63,314 nt of DNA, filler included, from Octopus bimaculoides (GCF_001194135.2; 5 parts of 4 records of this genome joined end to end with filler, not necessarily neighbours in it); one strand, 5' to 3'; counted from the whole stretch's first letter, positions 1 through 11,809 are shown. Made by a program: numbers and translations. The notes: generated by a model from the letters alone, not told the origin.

Positions 1-2
1 CG

Positions 3-35
<33 letters not shown>

Positions 36-316
36 TTATATATATAAGTACATAGACATATCCATATATATATATGTACATGCATATATACATATATACA
101 TATTTACTCAGACACACACATACACACATGTATATATAGACACATATATACATGTACATATTAAAGTACATGAAAAATGGAAAAATATAAAGAAACCAAT
201 ATATAAATATAATATCAATGTCGATGAAATGTGAAAAGATATGGAACAAAAATATGGTGGGGGAAGAAATTAAAAAATTCAAACCTGAAATGACAGTTAA
301 ATGGAAACTTACATTA

Positions 317-369
<53 letters not shown>

Positions 370-806
370 TACATACATACATACACACACATCTGCACAC
401 TCACACACACATATATATAGTGTGACGTGTGTACGTTTAATTGTGCGATTGAGTGTATATGCGTGTATTCATACATATATGCGTGATTGTGTGAATGGGT
501 TTGTATATACGTCTTTATGCTTGTGCAACATCGTAGAAATAAGGATGTAGTAAAAAGAAACGCCATTTCAATGTATCCGTCTCCTACAAAATGACTGATG
601 AGTTCTACCAAGATAGTAGCAACCGCAGTAGTAGCAGCAGTAGAAGTGGCAGCAGCAGCAGCAGTTGTTGTTGTTATTATTGTAGTGTTGTTATTATTGT
701 AGTGTTGTTGTTATTGTAGTGTTGTTCCTATTTACATATTTGTTGCTACATGCAACCACTTCCAATATCACAAACATCATATTTTATTCCTTTCGAGTCT
801 TTCCTA

Positions 807-837
<31 letters not shown>

Positions 838-1013
838 CTTCTTCTTCTTCTTCTTCTTCTTCTTCTTCTTCTTCTTCTTCTTCTTCTTCTTCTTCTTCTT
901 CCCCTCCCCCTCTGCAATAGTAGAGAATAACTCCTCAGATTAAAGTAAAATTGTTTTTACAGTAACTAAGCATAAAAACAAACGTTAGCATATACGTATG
1001 TATGTATGTATGT

Positions 1014-1128
1014 CATTATTCAGTTTTGTGTCAAGATCTCTTGTCAATAAAGAAAGAGTCGATTTCTAACCTAGACCCAAGGCTCCTCCACTGGAATTTC
1101 ATCATCAACAACAGGGTGTTTTTGTTTG
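1014..1128 (-). mobile_element. R4/Dong-like RLE LINE, terminal 3'UTR fragment (copy 1a)
   Basis: Homologous to the 3'UTR ends at 1145-1250, 6480-6560 and 13966-14070 (tcttgtcaataaagaaagag...aaggctcctccactggaattt). Bounded by (TATG)n on both sides. Confidence 0.7.
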
Positions 1129-1144
1129 TATGTATGTATGTATG

Positions 1145-1480
1145 TTATCAATCAGTTTCATTTCTGTATTTCTTGTCCATAGAGAAAGAGCCGGACTCTA
1201 ACATAGATTCAAGGCTCCTTCATTGGAACTTTTATCAACATCATCTAGGTATTTGTGCATATGTGTGTGTGTGCAGTATTTGGTGTTAGTGTATGCGCAG
1301 ATTTGTATGTTTGTTTTATGGATGCGTTTTTATGTCTAGATGCATGCATATGTATTTATGTGCTAAATTTTTGGAAAGTTTTACATATCTTTACAGTTCC
1401 ATTGATGGCTTGAATTTGTAGTCTTCTAATCAGCCTTTTTCTTTCAGGTTTTGAGAACCCTAACTTTTCCAGGTTTTTGT
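1145..1480 (-). mobile_element. R4/Dong-like RLE LINE 3' end (copy 1b)
   Basis: Minus strand reads NLEKLGFSKPERKRLIRRLQIQAINGTVKICKTFQKFST* followed by 3'UTR. Matches the C-terminus of copies at 6160 and 13966. Confidence 0.8.
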
Positions 1481-2197
1481 TTATGTATGTNNNNNNNNNN
1501 NNNNNNNNNNNNNNNNNNNNNNNNNNNNNNNNNNNNNNNNNNNNNNNNNNNNNNNNNNNNNNNNNNNNNNNNNNNNNNNNNNNNNNNNNNNNNNNNNNNN
1601 NNNNNNNNNNNNNNNNNNNNNNNNNNNNNNNNNNNNNNNNNNNNNNNNNNNNNNNNNNNNNNNNNNNNNNNNNNNNNNNNNNNNNNNNNNNNNNNNNNNN
1701 NNNNNNNNNNNNNNNNNNNNNNNNNNNNNNNNNNNNNNNNNNNNNNNNNNNNNNNNNNNNNNNNNNNNNNNNNNNNNNNNNNNNNNNNNNNNNNNNNNNN
1801 NNNNNNNNNNNNNNNNNNNNNNNNNNNNNNNNNNNNNNNNNNNNNNNNNNNNNNNNNNNNNNNNNNNNNNNNNNNNNNNNNNNNNNNNNNNNNNNNNNNN
1901 NNNNNNNNNNNNNNNNNNNNNNNNNNNNNNNNNNNNNNNNNNNNNNNNNNNNNNNNNNNNNNNNNNNNNNNNNNNNNNNNNNNNNNNNNNNNNNNNNNNN
2001 NNNNNNNNNNNNNNNNNNNNNNNNNNNNNNNNNNNNNNNNNNNNNNNNNNNNNNNNNNNNNNNNNNNNNNNNNNNNNNNNNNNNNNNNNNNNNNNNNNNN
2101 NNNNNNNNNNNNNNNNNNNNNNNNNNNNNNNNNNNNNNNNNNNNNNNNNNNNNNNNNNNNNNNNNNNNNNNNNNNNNNNNNNNNNNNNNNNNNNNNN

Positions 2198-2778
2198 GTT
2201 ATATGGTTAATAAAAAAACATTTTTCAGAAAGAAGCACACTCTAAAAATAGAACAGCAATTATTACAACAAAAACTTTATATCTTGGACATAGAGTTACG
2301 GGCCTAGATGATCAATTAATTTCCATCTGATATCACATGGGGCCCCTTGATCTTTGAGGTGCCATATATGGCAGGCCAGGGACGTGAGAAACCGTCTTTC
2401 TGGGACTCTGAAGGATGACTGGTAGTTAAGAAAATGTCGCATGAAATTAATTGATCATCTGGAAGTGGCCCTGACAAGATGTGCATCGCGGAGAGAGCCG
2501 TATAGAAGTGTTTTCTAGATGTAGCCACTTCAAGCGCTACTTACTGGAAAATTGGATTTCCCCGTTTGCTAGTTAGACCTCTTCGGGTCCGTCCGGGTCT
2601 CCAACTCTGATTCAAGGGAAATAACCCATCTTCATTAAGTTTTTTTTTTTTGTTAAGACTTATTCCTCGATTCCTGAGCGTTTGATACGTCTGCGACGTA
2701 GATATTTTAAACTTTGTTTTCTTATATAGAGTTTGACGAGCTGTCCACAAGGCTTTGCTTTGTGGATGCGAAACCTTG
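2198..2778 (-). mobile_element. Penelope-like element relic, GIY-YIG region
   Basis: Frameshifted minus-strand peptides KISTSQ..ISLNKK, FPLNQS, LNYQSSFR..RFLTSLACHIWHLKDQGAPCDIRWKLIDH and LSEKCFFINH fit the PLE endonuclease C-terminus (LS.HIW.LK....I.W.I...C.LC..EK). Confidence 0.65.
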
Positions 2779-2815
2779 CGTAACTCTATGTCCAAGATAT
2801 AAAATTTTTGTTAGG

Positions 2816-2892
<77 letters not shown>

Positions 2893-3893
2893 ACTTAAAC
2901 AGATATACGCGAAGGCAGTGTATATAACTATTTTCAGAGGTGCCTCCAAAGGCTCGAAAGTGTAATGGTATTTCGTCTGAAGTTTTTGCAATATAGTTGA
3001 CACCGCTAAAGAAATTCTAACATCCAGATTGGTGGCGTTAAACCTGTCAACAGATTAATTCTGTGTTTTAGGAATGGAATTGATCTTTTCCATGATTACC
3101 AAACTTCGCTCTGAAATCATTGGTCAATCTGGAGTTACGATAGAAACATTTTGCTCAAACTTCCGTGCAGTTGAGAAAAACTTGAAATCACGTTCTTGTG
3201 GAGAAAATCTTTTAAACTACACAGTCATCTCTGTCCCCATTTAACTCTGTTCGCAACCAACTGGGTTTTATAAATCGTACAGTGTGTGAACAGAAATATC
3301 ACAATATCAACCTAGATGTGTCTCGTCAGGTGTGATGCAGTTACAAACTCACGTGGTTAGAAAACAAAATTATTCTAATAACTGTTGATATCAGGCATGA
3401 TTATTTTGGAGTAGAATTGATAAGAATTCTTCCAGAAAAATACGTACGAGTCTATGAAGTAAAAAAATATGAATGAACTGACTGTCATAAGAAGAGTATT
3501 TGGTCAGATTCATTTAAAATTGGTTTTGGTTTATAACTTTAAGAAGATTTTCTTTCAATATATAGTGTCAAATCTACGCCACCAGATGTTTTATTTCTGA
3601 TAATACACACACACACATGTATATGAATATATGAATGTGTGTATGTGTATACATATATATGTATATGTGTGTACTTCTGTTTGTGTCTGTCAAGCTGACA
3701 TGCATGGTAATGAGAATGTTAAAGAGAACCATTATAGGCACGCACACACTCACACATACATACGTAAATACATACATAAATACATACATACATACATACA
3801 TACATGCATACATACATACACACACACATGCACACACACGCACAAAACATACATGTAAATACATATATGTAACAGTATGCATATACACATGTA

Positions 3894-3954
<61 letters not shown>

Positions 3955-4271
3955 GTATTAAGTGGCAGAGGGGAAGAAAGAGCAGGCATGAATATTTGTT
4001 GTAAGTTAATGTGCAAATCAAGCTCAGCTTGTATGGTAGACGGGAAGGATGTCCATATTATATATGCAAACGTATCAATAAGTAGACCATTAAATGTATA
4101 GCATGATGTGATGGAGGCGTCCGAGACGATATATCTACGAGCTCCACTGGACACAAAGATTGCTATCTTCACTTCGTGTTCTCTGAAGTTTATAGGTATG
4201 TATTGGGATGCCTGTGTGCTACCATACTATGGATTTTATACTTTACTTTCATATGTACATACGTGCATAAA

Positions 4272-4303
<32 letters not shown>

Positions 4304-4494
4304 NNNNNNNNNNNNNNNNNNNNNNNNNNNNNNNNNNNNNNNNNNNNNNNNNNNNNNNNNNNNNNNNNNNNNNNNNNNNNNNNNNNNNNNNNNNNNNNNN
4401 NNNNNNNNNNNNNNNNNNNNNNNNNNNNNNNNNNNNNNNNNNNNNNNNNNNNNNNNNNNNNNNNNNNNNNNNNNNNNNNNNNNNNNNNNNNNNN

Positions 4495-4552
<58 letters not shown>

Positions 4553-5324
4553 TGCGTGTGTGTATATATATATCTAAGTATGGAAGCATATATGTGCATA
4601 TCTGTATGTTTGTGCGTATATATTTTGTTTGCACATAAACACACACACATACGCGTGCGCGCACGCACACACCTTTGTATGTATGCTTATATGCTTTTAT
4701 GCTTATATGCGTATGTATGCTCATATGAGTATGTATACTTATATGCGAGTATGCAAATGTGCGTTCTTGTCTATAGATACATGTATGTTTTTATATGCTT
4801 TTCTGTATATATGTATGAATGATTATGTATGCGAGTATGTAAAATGTAAGTATGTAAGCATGGAATGTACGTACGTCTGTATGTATGTATATATGCATGT
4901 ATGTTTGCATATATTGTCTGTATGCCTCTGTCTGTATATTTATGTATGGGTGCATGCATTAAGTACGTATACTTTTATCTATCTATATATACATGTATGC
5001 ATGTATGAATGTATATATATATATATGTCGGTATGTACGTATATATGTATCGCGTATGTGTACTTCTGTGTAAATGGTATATCTTTGTTTCTTATAATAT
5101 ACCACAGAATATTCCAGATTGAAATCAACTGCTCTTTTCTTCTGCATCTATGACTCAACGATTATCCACCAGAATATTCCACTATCTTACTGCATCAATT
5201 AATTCGCCAAACTTTTATAGTTCTTCGTTCAATGCGACCACAATTCCAACATTTTTTGCATCGTATATTCTTTGCTATTTTATTAAAAATCGAGAATTTT
5301 GGGGTGTTGTCATGAATTTTGCAA

Positions 5325-5525
5325 AAGACAGAAAATTTTAATTGCCCATTCTCCTTCTTCCCGCGTCTACAGCAACAACGAAATGGTAAATATTGATAGT
5401 GGAATACGGTTGTGCGAAGTAAACTACTTGTTGTCGCTGCTGTTGTTGTTTAACTCCATAACGATTGATAATGATAAAAGTCGTCCCAGCCATGCCTATT
5501 CCGTCTTTGTAAATGCTGGATTACT
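5325..5525 (+). repeat. ~200 bp direct duplication, copy 1 (partner 6581-6800)
   Basis: Aligns by eye at roughly 80-90% with 6581-6800 and shares an identical ~35 bp core ccgcgtctacagcaacaacgaaatggtaaatattg. Confidence 0.9.
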
Positions 5526-5816
5526 TTCTCCAAAATGTTTTTTTTTTAATATGCACGTGATTTTAGGGAATCTGGCTGCTATTCCTAGAAGATCTAGTGC
5601 TCACACAAGGCTGCATTCATTGTTTTATGTATAAATTTATCTAAAGTTTATTCTTTATGTTAAGTGAAATCCACTCATACATACATGTAATCATACATTT
5701 ATGTTTGAATATATATATATATATATTGTATGATTGTATATACGTACATATATATACAAACATGCAAACATACATACGTACATACATACATACATACATA
5801 CATTAAAAAAAACTGG

Positions 5817-6130
5817 CATTCCTCGGTTACGACGAGGAGGGTTCCAGTTGATCCGATCAAAGGAACAGCCGTCTCATGAAATTAATGTGCAAGTAGCTGA
5901 GCACTCAAGAGACACGCGTACACTTAACGTAATTCCCAGGGAGATTAATCTTGACACAGAGTGTGACAAGGCTGGCCCTTTAAAATACAGGTACTACTCA
6001 TTTTTGCCAGCTGAGTGGAGCAACATGAAATAAAGTGCCTTGCTCAAGGACCCAACACGCCACCGGGAATCGAACTTACGACCTTACGCTCACGAGCCAA
6101 TTTCCCTAACCACCAAGCCACATGCCTTCA
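5817..6130 (-). mobile_element. tRNA-derived SINE, family C
   Basis: Reverse complement begins with a tRNA-like head (gcatggcttggtggttaggg...gttcgattcccgg), then ggtccttgagcaaggcactttatttca. Homologous to 20897-21205. Confidence 0.85.
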
Positions 6131-6159
6131 CATACATACATACATACATACATACACAG

Positions 6160-6561
6160 TGATTTAGAGAAGGGAAACTGTATAGTCATGGTACCAGTTG
6201 CCCAGCAAACATCCATCTAATCGAAAAATTTACAAATAATCCACTCGGACAACTAATATAGATTTATACCTGTAATTATTGGGGCACTTGGGTATGGAAT
6301 CAGCTACATCATCACCAATCTTGAGAAATTAAGTTTCTCAAAAACCAAAAAGGAGAGAGCTAATTATGAATGAATATACATATATAAAACAAAACATACA
6401 GATTTGCACATGTACTGACGCTACATACTTGCATATACACACACACGAATATACATAACCGCTCTGATAATATTTATTGAAATTCCATTGAAGGATCCGG
6501 GGATCTAGGTAAGAAACCGAATCTTTCTCCATTGGTAAGAAATCTAGAAATAAAAGTAATA
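6160..6561 (+). mobile_element. R4/Dong-like RLE LINE 3' end (copy 2)
   Basis: Degenerate peptides REGKL..SCPANI..IEK and RFIPVIIGALGYGISYIITNLEKLSFSKT, then 3'UTR homologous to copies 1 and 3. The 5' junction abuts (ACAT)n at 6130-6155. Confidence 0.75.
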
Positions 6562-6580
6562 ACATATGTAATAACATTTG

Positions 6581-6800
6581 TAAAAGATAGAAAATTTTAA
6601 TCGCCAATTCCCCTCATTCTCCCCGCGTCTACAGCAACAACGAAATGGTAAATATTGGTGGTGGAATATGGCTGTGCGAAATAAACTACTTGTTATCGCT
6701 GCTGTTGTTGCTTAACTCTATAACGATTGATATCGATCACAACAATAATGAAAGCCGTTCCAGCCGTGACTGTTCCATCTTTGTAAATCTTGGATTATTT
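6581..6800 (+). repeat. ~200 bp direct duplication, copy 2
   Basis: See 5325-5525; carries a 12 bp insertion relative to copy 1. Confidence 0.9.
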
Positions 6801-7065
6801 CTCTTACAATTTAAACAGTTCCATTATTTATTCTAGTTCTTGTTATTTGCAGAAAGATTTTTAAAAAGGAATCTAAGGCAGTCGATCTTTAATAACCATT
6901 TTTACGACAGGAAATGAGTGACTGCCTCAGTGTATTTGAAAGTGAACGGTACCAAACCCCTTATGGGCGGTGGAAAATTGTTTATGGAAACTAAGGGAGG
7001 GAGACGATAGATCTATCTGTAGAGTTTTATTCTCTTAAGTTTAGACACTTAATGAAATATTGGTT

Positions 7066-7268
7066 TTAATTTTGGGCACAAGGCCAGCAATTTCGAGGGT
7101 GAGGGTAAGTCAATGACATCGAGCCTAATGTTCAACTAACGGATGTTTATTTTATTTACACGCAAAGGATGAAAGGCAAAGTCAACCTCGGAGTAATTTG
7201 AACTCAGAACATAAGGACGGACGAAATGCCGCCAAGAATTTTGCACAGCGTGCCAACGTTTCTGCAGG
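7066..7268 (-). mobile_element. tRNA-derived SINE, family A
   Basis: Reverse complement contains ttatgttctgagttcaaattactccgaggttgactttgcctttcatcctttgcg...ggccttgtgccc, shared with at least nine other copies in the window. Confidence 0.85.
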
Positions 7269-7379
7269 CAATGAGTAAATGAAAGCTAAACACGTACACA
7301 CATACACACATACACATATACCAGGAGAAAGAATTAAAGTGACGAAAGAGAAGGAGTAGTAATGGGAAGGGTTAAACAA

Positions 7380-7600
7380 ATGAGAAATTTGTTTTATTTA
7401 AATATATTTTTAATTAATCATAATTTTTCTTTTGAAAATTACTATACATTTCATCATTTTATATAAGAACCAAGACATTTTTATAAAAGTTAAATTATAG
7501 TTATTGTATTTACTCATATTTCTTTGCTATTACCTATGGTAACAAAAGTATACTTCCAAAGTTACCCGTCCTATAAATGGTAACTCTCTAATAAGTAAAT
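7380..7600 (+). repeat. ~220 bp AT-rich dispersed repeat, copy 1 (partner 11410-11620)
   Basis: Shared blocks tgagaaattt, catttcatcatttt, ccaaga, aaagttaaattata, catatttc and aaaagtatac.tccaaagt; old, roughly 70% identity. Confidence 0.7.
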
Positions 7601-7676
7601 AGGATAGATATTGCCTCCTCTCTTTCTTTAGTTCAATGTATTAGTTTAACTATTAACTACAGCATCACTCCGCTTT

Positions 7677-7858
7677 AAGGTTAAGTGGTATATAATTTTT
7701 CTCTAATATTGGAACAAGGTCATAAATTTTGAGAAAAGAGGGTTTAGTCGATTACATTGATCCCAATACCTGACCAGTACCTTATTTTATCGACCCCAAA
7801 AGGATGAAAGGCGAAGTTGATCGCAGTGGTTTTCGAACTCAGAACGTAAAGAGCCAAA
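7677..7858 (-). mobile_element. SINE family A, 3' two-thirds (left arm of inverted pair)
   Basis: Reverse complement aligns with 8160-8337, including private substitutions and the flank. Confidence 0.85.
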
Positions 7859-7869
7859 AGTAAAGCTAT

Positions 7870-8025
7870 ACATTAATTCGATATTTATAATATTAGCGAC
7901 AGAGGCAGTATTAATAGCGAGAAGTAATATTGGTCCCCACTTAAACAAAGTGCATTTTGCAGGAAAAGCCAATATGAGAGTTTCTCTTATGATACCTGAC
8001 ACAGTATAGTTTGTTCTAAATCGAT
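7870..8025. mobile_element. Internally deleted foldback/MITE, same family as 15366-15765
   Basis: atattagcgacagaggcagtattaat..gtaatatt..ccccacttaaac matches the reverse complement of 15645-15715; aaaagccaatatgagagtttctct is identical to 15570-15593. Confidence 0.65.
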
Positions 8026-8098
8026 ATTATCTGAAACTTTGCTCTTCCTATCTCGTACTTTTTCAAGTGTGTTGTCTGTAATTATATACTACCAATAT

Positions 8099-8337
8099 GG
8101 TGGCGAACCGGAAGAATCTGTTAATGCATTGGACAAAGTGCTTGACAATATTTCTTCTAGCTCTTTACGTTCTGAGTTCGCAAACCACCGCGAACAACTT
8201 TGCCTTTCATCCTTTCGGGTTCGATAAAATGAAGTACCAGTCAGGTATTGGGATCGATGTAATCAACTAAACCCGCTTTCCTTAAAATTGATGACCTTGT
8301 TCCAATATTAGAAAAAAATTATATACCACCTAACCTT
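8099..8337 (+). mobile_element. SINE family A, near full length (right arm of inverted pair)
   Basis: Head ggcgaaccggaagaatctgttaatgcattggacaaagtgcttgac; body ttacgttctgagttc...ctttgcctttcatcctttcggg. Confidence 0.85.
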
Positions 8338-9261
8338 AGAGTGGTTAATACTTAAAATTTTACCCTGAACTAAATTACTTTATCTTGATATTAAGTGTAT
8401 GTATACATCAAAAATGTATAGAGGCGGTGTTGAATTGTAGCAAGAAAACGTGGGAAAAGTGTGAGTGAAATGTTTAAAAGTTTGAGGTATACGGCAATAC
8501 ATGATAATACAGAAATTCATTAATGAAATGTTTGGCTAATGGCAGGAGACGAAATAACCCAAACTTAATCTTCAGGAGATATTGCCAAATTATTTTCTTT
8601 AAATGCGTTGATCATTGTCTATGAGGAGAGAATTTTTTTCTTTTCACTGAAAATCTTTTATTTTTTCCCCATTTTCTGGCAGACTATTCTCAATTCCAAT
8701 CAATGTTTTAGAATGACCGACTTAATTGTGGAGAAGAAAATTCTAACGACCAATTCCGCCGCTATTAACCACAATAAACAATAATCTTCACATAGACTCT
8801 GTCTTTGTTAAGTCTTCGAGGTTTTCAGACTTCTACATCTAACAGCTATGGTGCTGCTTGTTTTTCCATATAGATAAATCCTTTTCATCCCAGATTAGAA
8901 CTTACTCTCCAATGGTCCATTACTCTAAATGTTGCCATACACCAATAGGATGAAATGTATAGTGTCCCTAAAGGTTCCCTCTCCCAACGGTAAATAAAAG
9001 ATTTTAAATTTGAAAAATCTACGAGAAAGGCACCAAGTTCTGGAATTTTGTAGAGGCAACATCAATATTATTAGTTAAAGATTATGTATCTGATAGGAAC
9101 ATTGTTGTGTCATTTTATCACTAATTATAATCCTCCTTCAGTAATTAAGTGTCATTAATTTTCTTCTTAAAATATCTTACTGCTTTCACTTCAACTCTTA
9201 CACAAATATTGCATCTTTTTCTTGCTTGTTTGTTAAATCTAGAGGATGGGGCTGAACCCAT

Positions 9262-9585
9262 TACTTCGCTTGCCCTCCAAGACTGGCGAGGTTGATGTTA
9301 ATTCTCTGTTTAGATAACTGCAGATCAACACCTGCAGGAAAGACATGAACAGGAAGGAGCTTCCAGAGGGAGGTTGCTCAGGAGAAAGGACATGACTGTA
9401 TGATCTGTGCAGAGCCGATGAGTTAGGTAGGCATACAGAAAATGACTGTCATAGATGTCTGAGTGATTGAGGTAGAAGAACAGAAGCCATTAAAGAAGGA
9501 ATAGAACATAGATAGAGGAGACAAGAAATCTCTGCTGTCAATAAAGTCACTGCTTCTTTGAGGAGATCAAATAATTTTCTTTAAA
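9262..9585 (-). mobile_element. CR1/L2-group LINE 3' end relic
   Basis: Minus-strand peptides SPLSMFYSFFNGFCSS and ATSLWKLLPVHVFPAGVDLQLSKQRIN match the typical CR1/L2 ORF2 C-terminus (SL.LFY.YYNG.CS; TS.LWN.LP..VFP...LQ.FK..IN). Confidence 0.7.
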
Positions 9586-9764
9586 TTCTTTAAATTGTTT
9601 CAGGTTTAAAGCTGTTGTCATGCTGGGGCACCACCGTTAATACCAAAACACACCATGGGTTGTCTCCTATTCTATCCGAAATAATTAAAATACCATTTGT
9701 CATGAAGCTCTTTACTCATCAGTTCATAAATATTACTAATTAAAAGGATAAATGGTGTTTATAC

Positions 9765-9895
9765 ATACCCCTGGATGGGATGCAAGAATATAGATTTTGT
9801 CAGCTGGGTGGACAGGAACAACGTGAAAGAAAGTGCTTTGCTTCAGAACACAACGCACCGCCAGGTCCAGAAATCGAAACCACTTTCTTACGATT
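9765..9895 (-). mobile_element. SINE family C fragment
   Basis: cagctgggtggacaggaacaacgtgaaagaaagtgctttgcttcagaacacaacgcaccgcc..aatcgaaacc. Confidence 0.7.
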
Positions 9896-10693
9896 AAATC
9901 TTTAAAATGTTAACGTTAACTGATCTTCTCCAACACACTTGGCTCCCATTTTATATTTTCTTGAAAGCATTTCCTCTCATTTGAACCAACAACGCTGTAT
10001 CCCCACCACCTCAACTGAAATCCACTCAAAGTACATATAATATTTTCCGTATGTGTTTTGATAACGACTAAGACTCCGATCTAAGCCATATTCTCTCTGC
10101 AAAGATCGCAAGATGAGGCTCGACCACATTGTTCACACGTTAGGAAAAAAAAAGAAAGAAAGAAAGAAAGAAACATAACAGGATAACACTGTTAGCAAAA
10201 GTTAGAGAGGTAAAGGAAGAAGATGAAATATTTTACCTGAATAAATCAAGGGAGGTTAAGTTAAGTTAAAAGAAGTTAAAAGTACTTAGGAACAAGACAA
10301 GAGAAAGTGGAAAAGTGGAATAATTAAAAGAATGAAAAAATGAAAAAGTGTGATGAAGCGGATTTTTTTATAGTTTGATAAACTTCATAAGCTTGAAAAA
10401 TCTCTTGAAGAAAAAGTTTCTGGAACAATTCATAAAATCTCACAATTTCTCGAAGAATCTCGAAAAATTTTGAAGGTTTCAGAGTAATGAAGCACATTAA
10501 CATAAGAAAAGGATTAATTAATGAAAAATCTCAACTTAAATTAAATTGCATCTGAGTCTTTTTTTAGCATTCATTTGACTCCCTGAATATTTTCTCCTCA
10601 AAGTCACACTAATATGCACGATATTTTGCCAACAGTGATCATTAATAGATTCTTCGATAGTGATTGTCTATGATTGAAGCTCCTAAAGTGCCA

Positions 10694-10890
10694 AATTCTG
10701 GCACAAGGCCAGCGATTTCGGCAAGTTGATTACATCGACCCAAACATTCAACTGGTACCAATTTTACCGAACCCGAAAAGATGAAGTTTAAAGTCGACCT
10801 CAGCGGAGTTTGAACTCAGAACATAAAGAAAGATAAAATGTCGTTAAGCATTTTGCCCGACGTGTTAACGATTCTGCCATCTCGCCGCCT
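10694..10890 (-). mobile_element. SINE family A, full length
   Basis: ggcacaaggccagc...aaagtcgacctcagcggagtttgaactcagaac...gattctgccatctcgcc. Confidence 0.85.
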
Positions 10891-10934
10891 GACACAAATG
10901 AAATATTATTTTATTGGTCGTAAAAGAAAATGAC

Positions 10935-11125
10935 TACTCCAGTCCTTCGCGTAGGTGTATTCAGATTCGACAATCACCGTGATATGTGGTACTGGTGAAG
11001 CTGAAGATTACAAAACAAGAGTTAGTTACAGCATCGCTGTTGACCGTGTTAGAAAACTGTCCGACGACACGGTTGATGTTGTTGATATAAACATTCACCA
11101 GGAGATACGTACGTTCACGTAAAGG
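10935..11125 (+). mobile_element. Probable deleted LINE (RTE-like) RT relic; alternatively an isolated exon
   Basis: Open frame VYSDSTITVICGTGEAEDYKTRVSYSIAVDRVRKLSDDTVDVVDINIHQEI resembles RT segments (Y..T.V.C..GE.E.F.V; F.I.+D.+; ADD.V) with the QG motif deleted. It is also flanked by AG (10953-54) and GTACGT (11109). Confidence 0.3.
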
Positions 11126-11409
11126 AACGCTTCACGCAACTCTGTTCCAAACTATCATTTGATGCAGTTGAAATAAATGTGGGTTGGCTGGCTGACTGGC
11201 TGGCTGGTTGATTCTCCTGCGACACTTAGTGATGGGGAGAAAGGATATAAAGTGAAATACAAAGAGAGTTAAAATAAGGGGTGCAGGAAGGGTACAGGCA
11301 AGGAGTATAGGAAAGCTATACAAAGGGACAAGAAATATAGATACAGGAGTGGAGGAGAGGAGGAAGGGAGGGGAGTAAATGAGAGTAGTTAAAGAAAAAG
11401 TTATACTAT

Positions 11410-11620
11410 TGAGAAATTTATTTTTATTTGATATTGTTTTAAGGTAATAAATATTTTCCCTTTGATAATTAATATTCATTTCATCATTTTGTAAAGGCAC
11501 CAAGAAATTTGCTTAAAGTTAAATTATAATTATTTTATGTATGCCATATTTCCTGATATTATTCAAGGTTGTAAAAGTATACCTCCAAAGTCTCCATCAT
11601 CTTACGGTTAACACGTCAGT
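11410..11620 (+). repeat. ~220 bp AT-rich dispersed repeat, copy 2
   Basis: See 7380-7600. Confidence 0.7.
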
Positions 11621-11713
11621 AATAATACTGACCACTACAATTGGTCGATTTGTATTGATGTGTGTCATCATAAATCATCTCACGTTACCTTTTGAACAAT
11701 GACCTTCTCTGAA

Positions 11714-11809
11714 CTAGTTATTGCCATAATCCCCTCTATCCTGGAAGTCGTTATTGCCGTATTTTACATCCCGGAAATAGTTATTGCCGTAATCCCTTAT
11801 ATCCCGGAA
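11714..11809. repeat. 30-33 bp tandem repeat x3 (gttattgccgt...atcccggaa)
   Basis: Units at 11714-11746, 11747-11776 and 11777-11809; partial inverted motif ttcgggat at 11817. Confidence 0.9.

Noticed and set aside
4102-4196. Possible 94-nt exon HDVMEASETIYLRAPLDTKIAIFTSCSLKFI
   Set aside because: Good donor but purine-rich acceptor and no homology recognised.
9243-9290. Apparent 48-nt exon EDGAEPITSLALQDWR
   Set aside because: Coincides with the 3' end/UTR of the CR1/L2-type relic on the opposite strand; weak donor.
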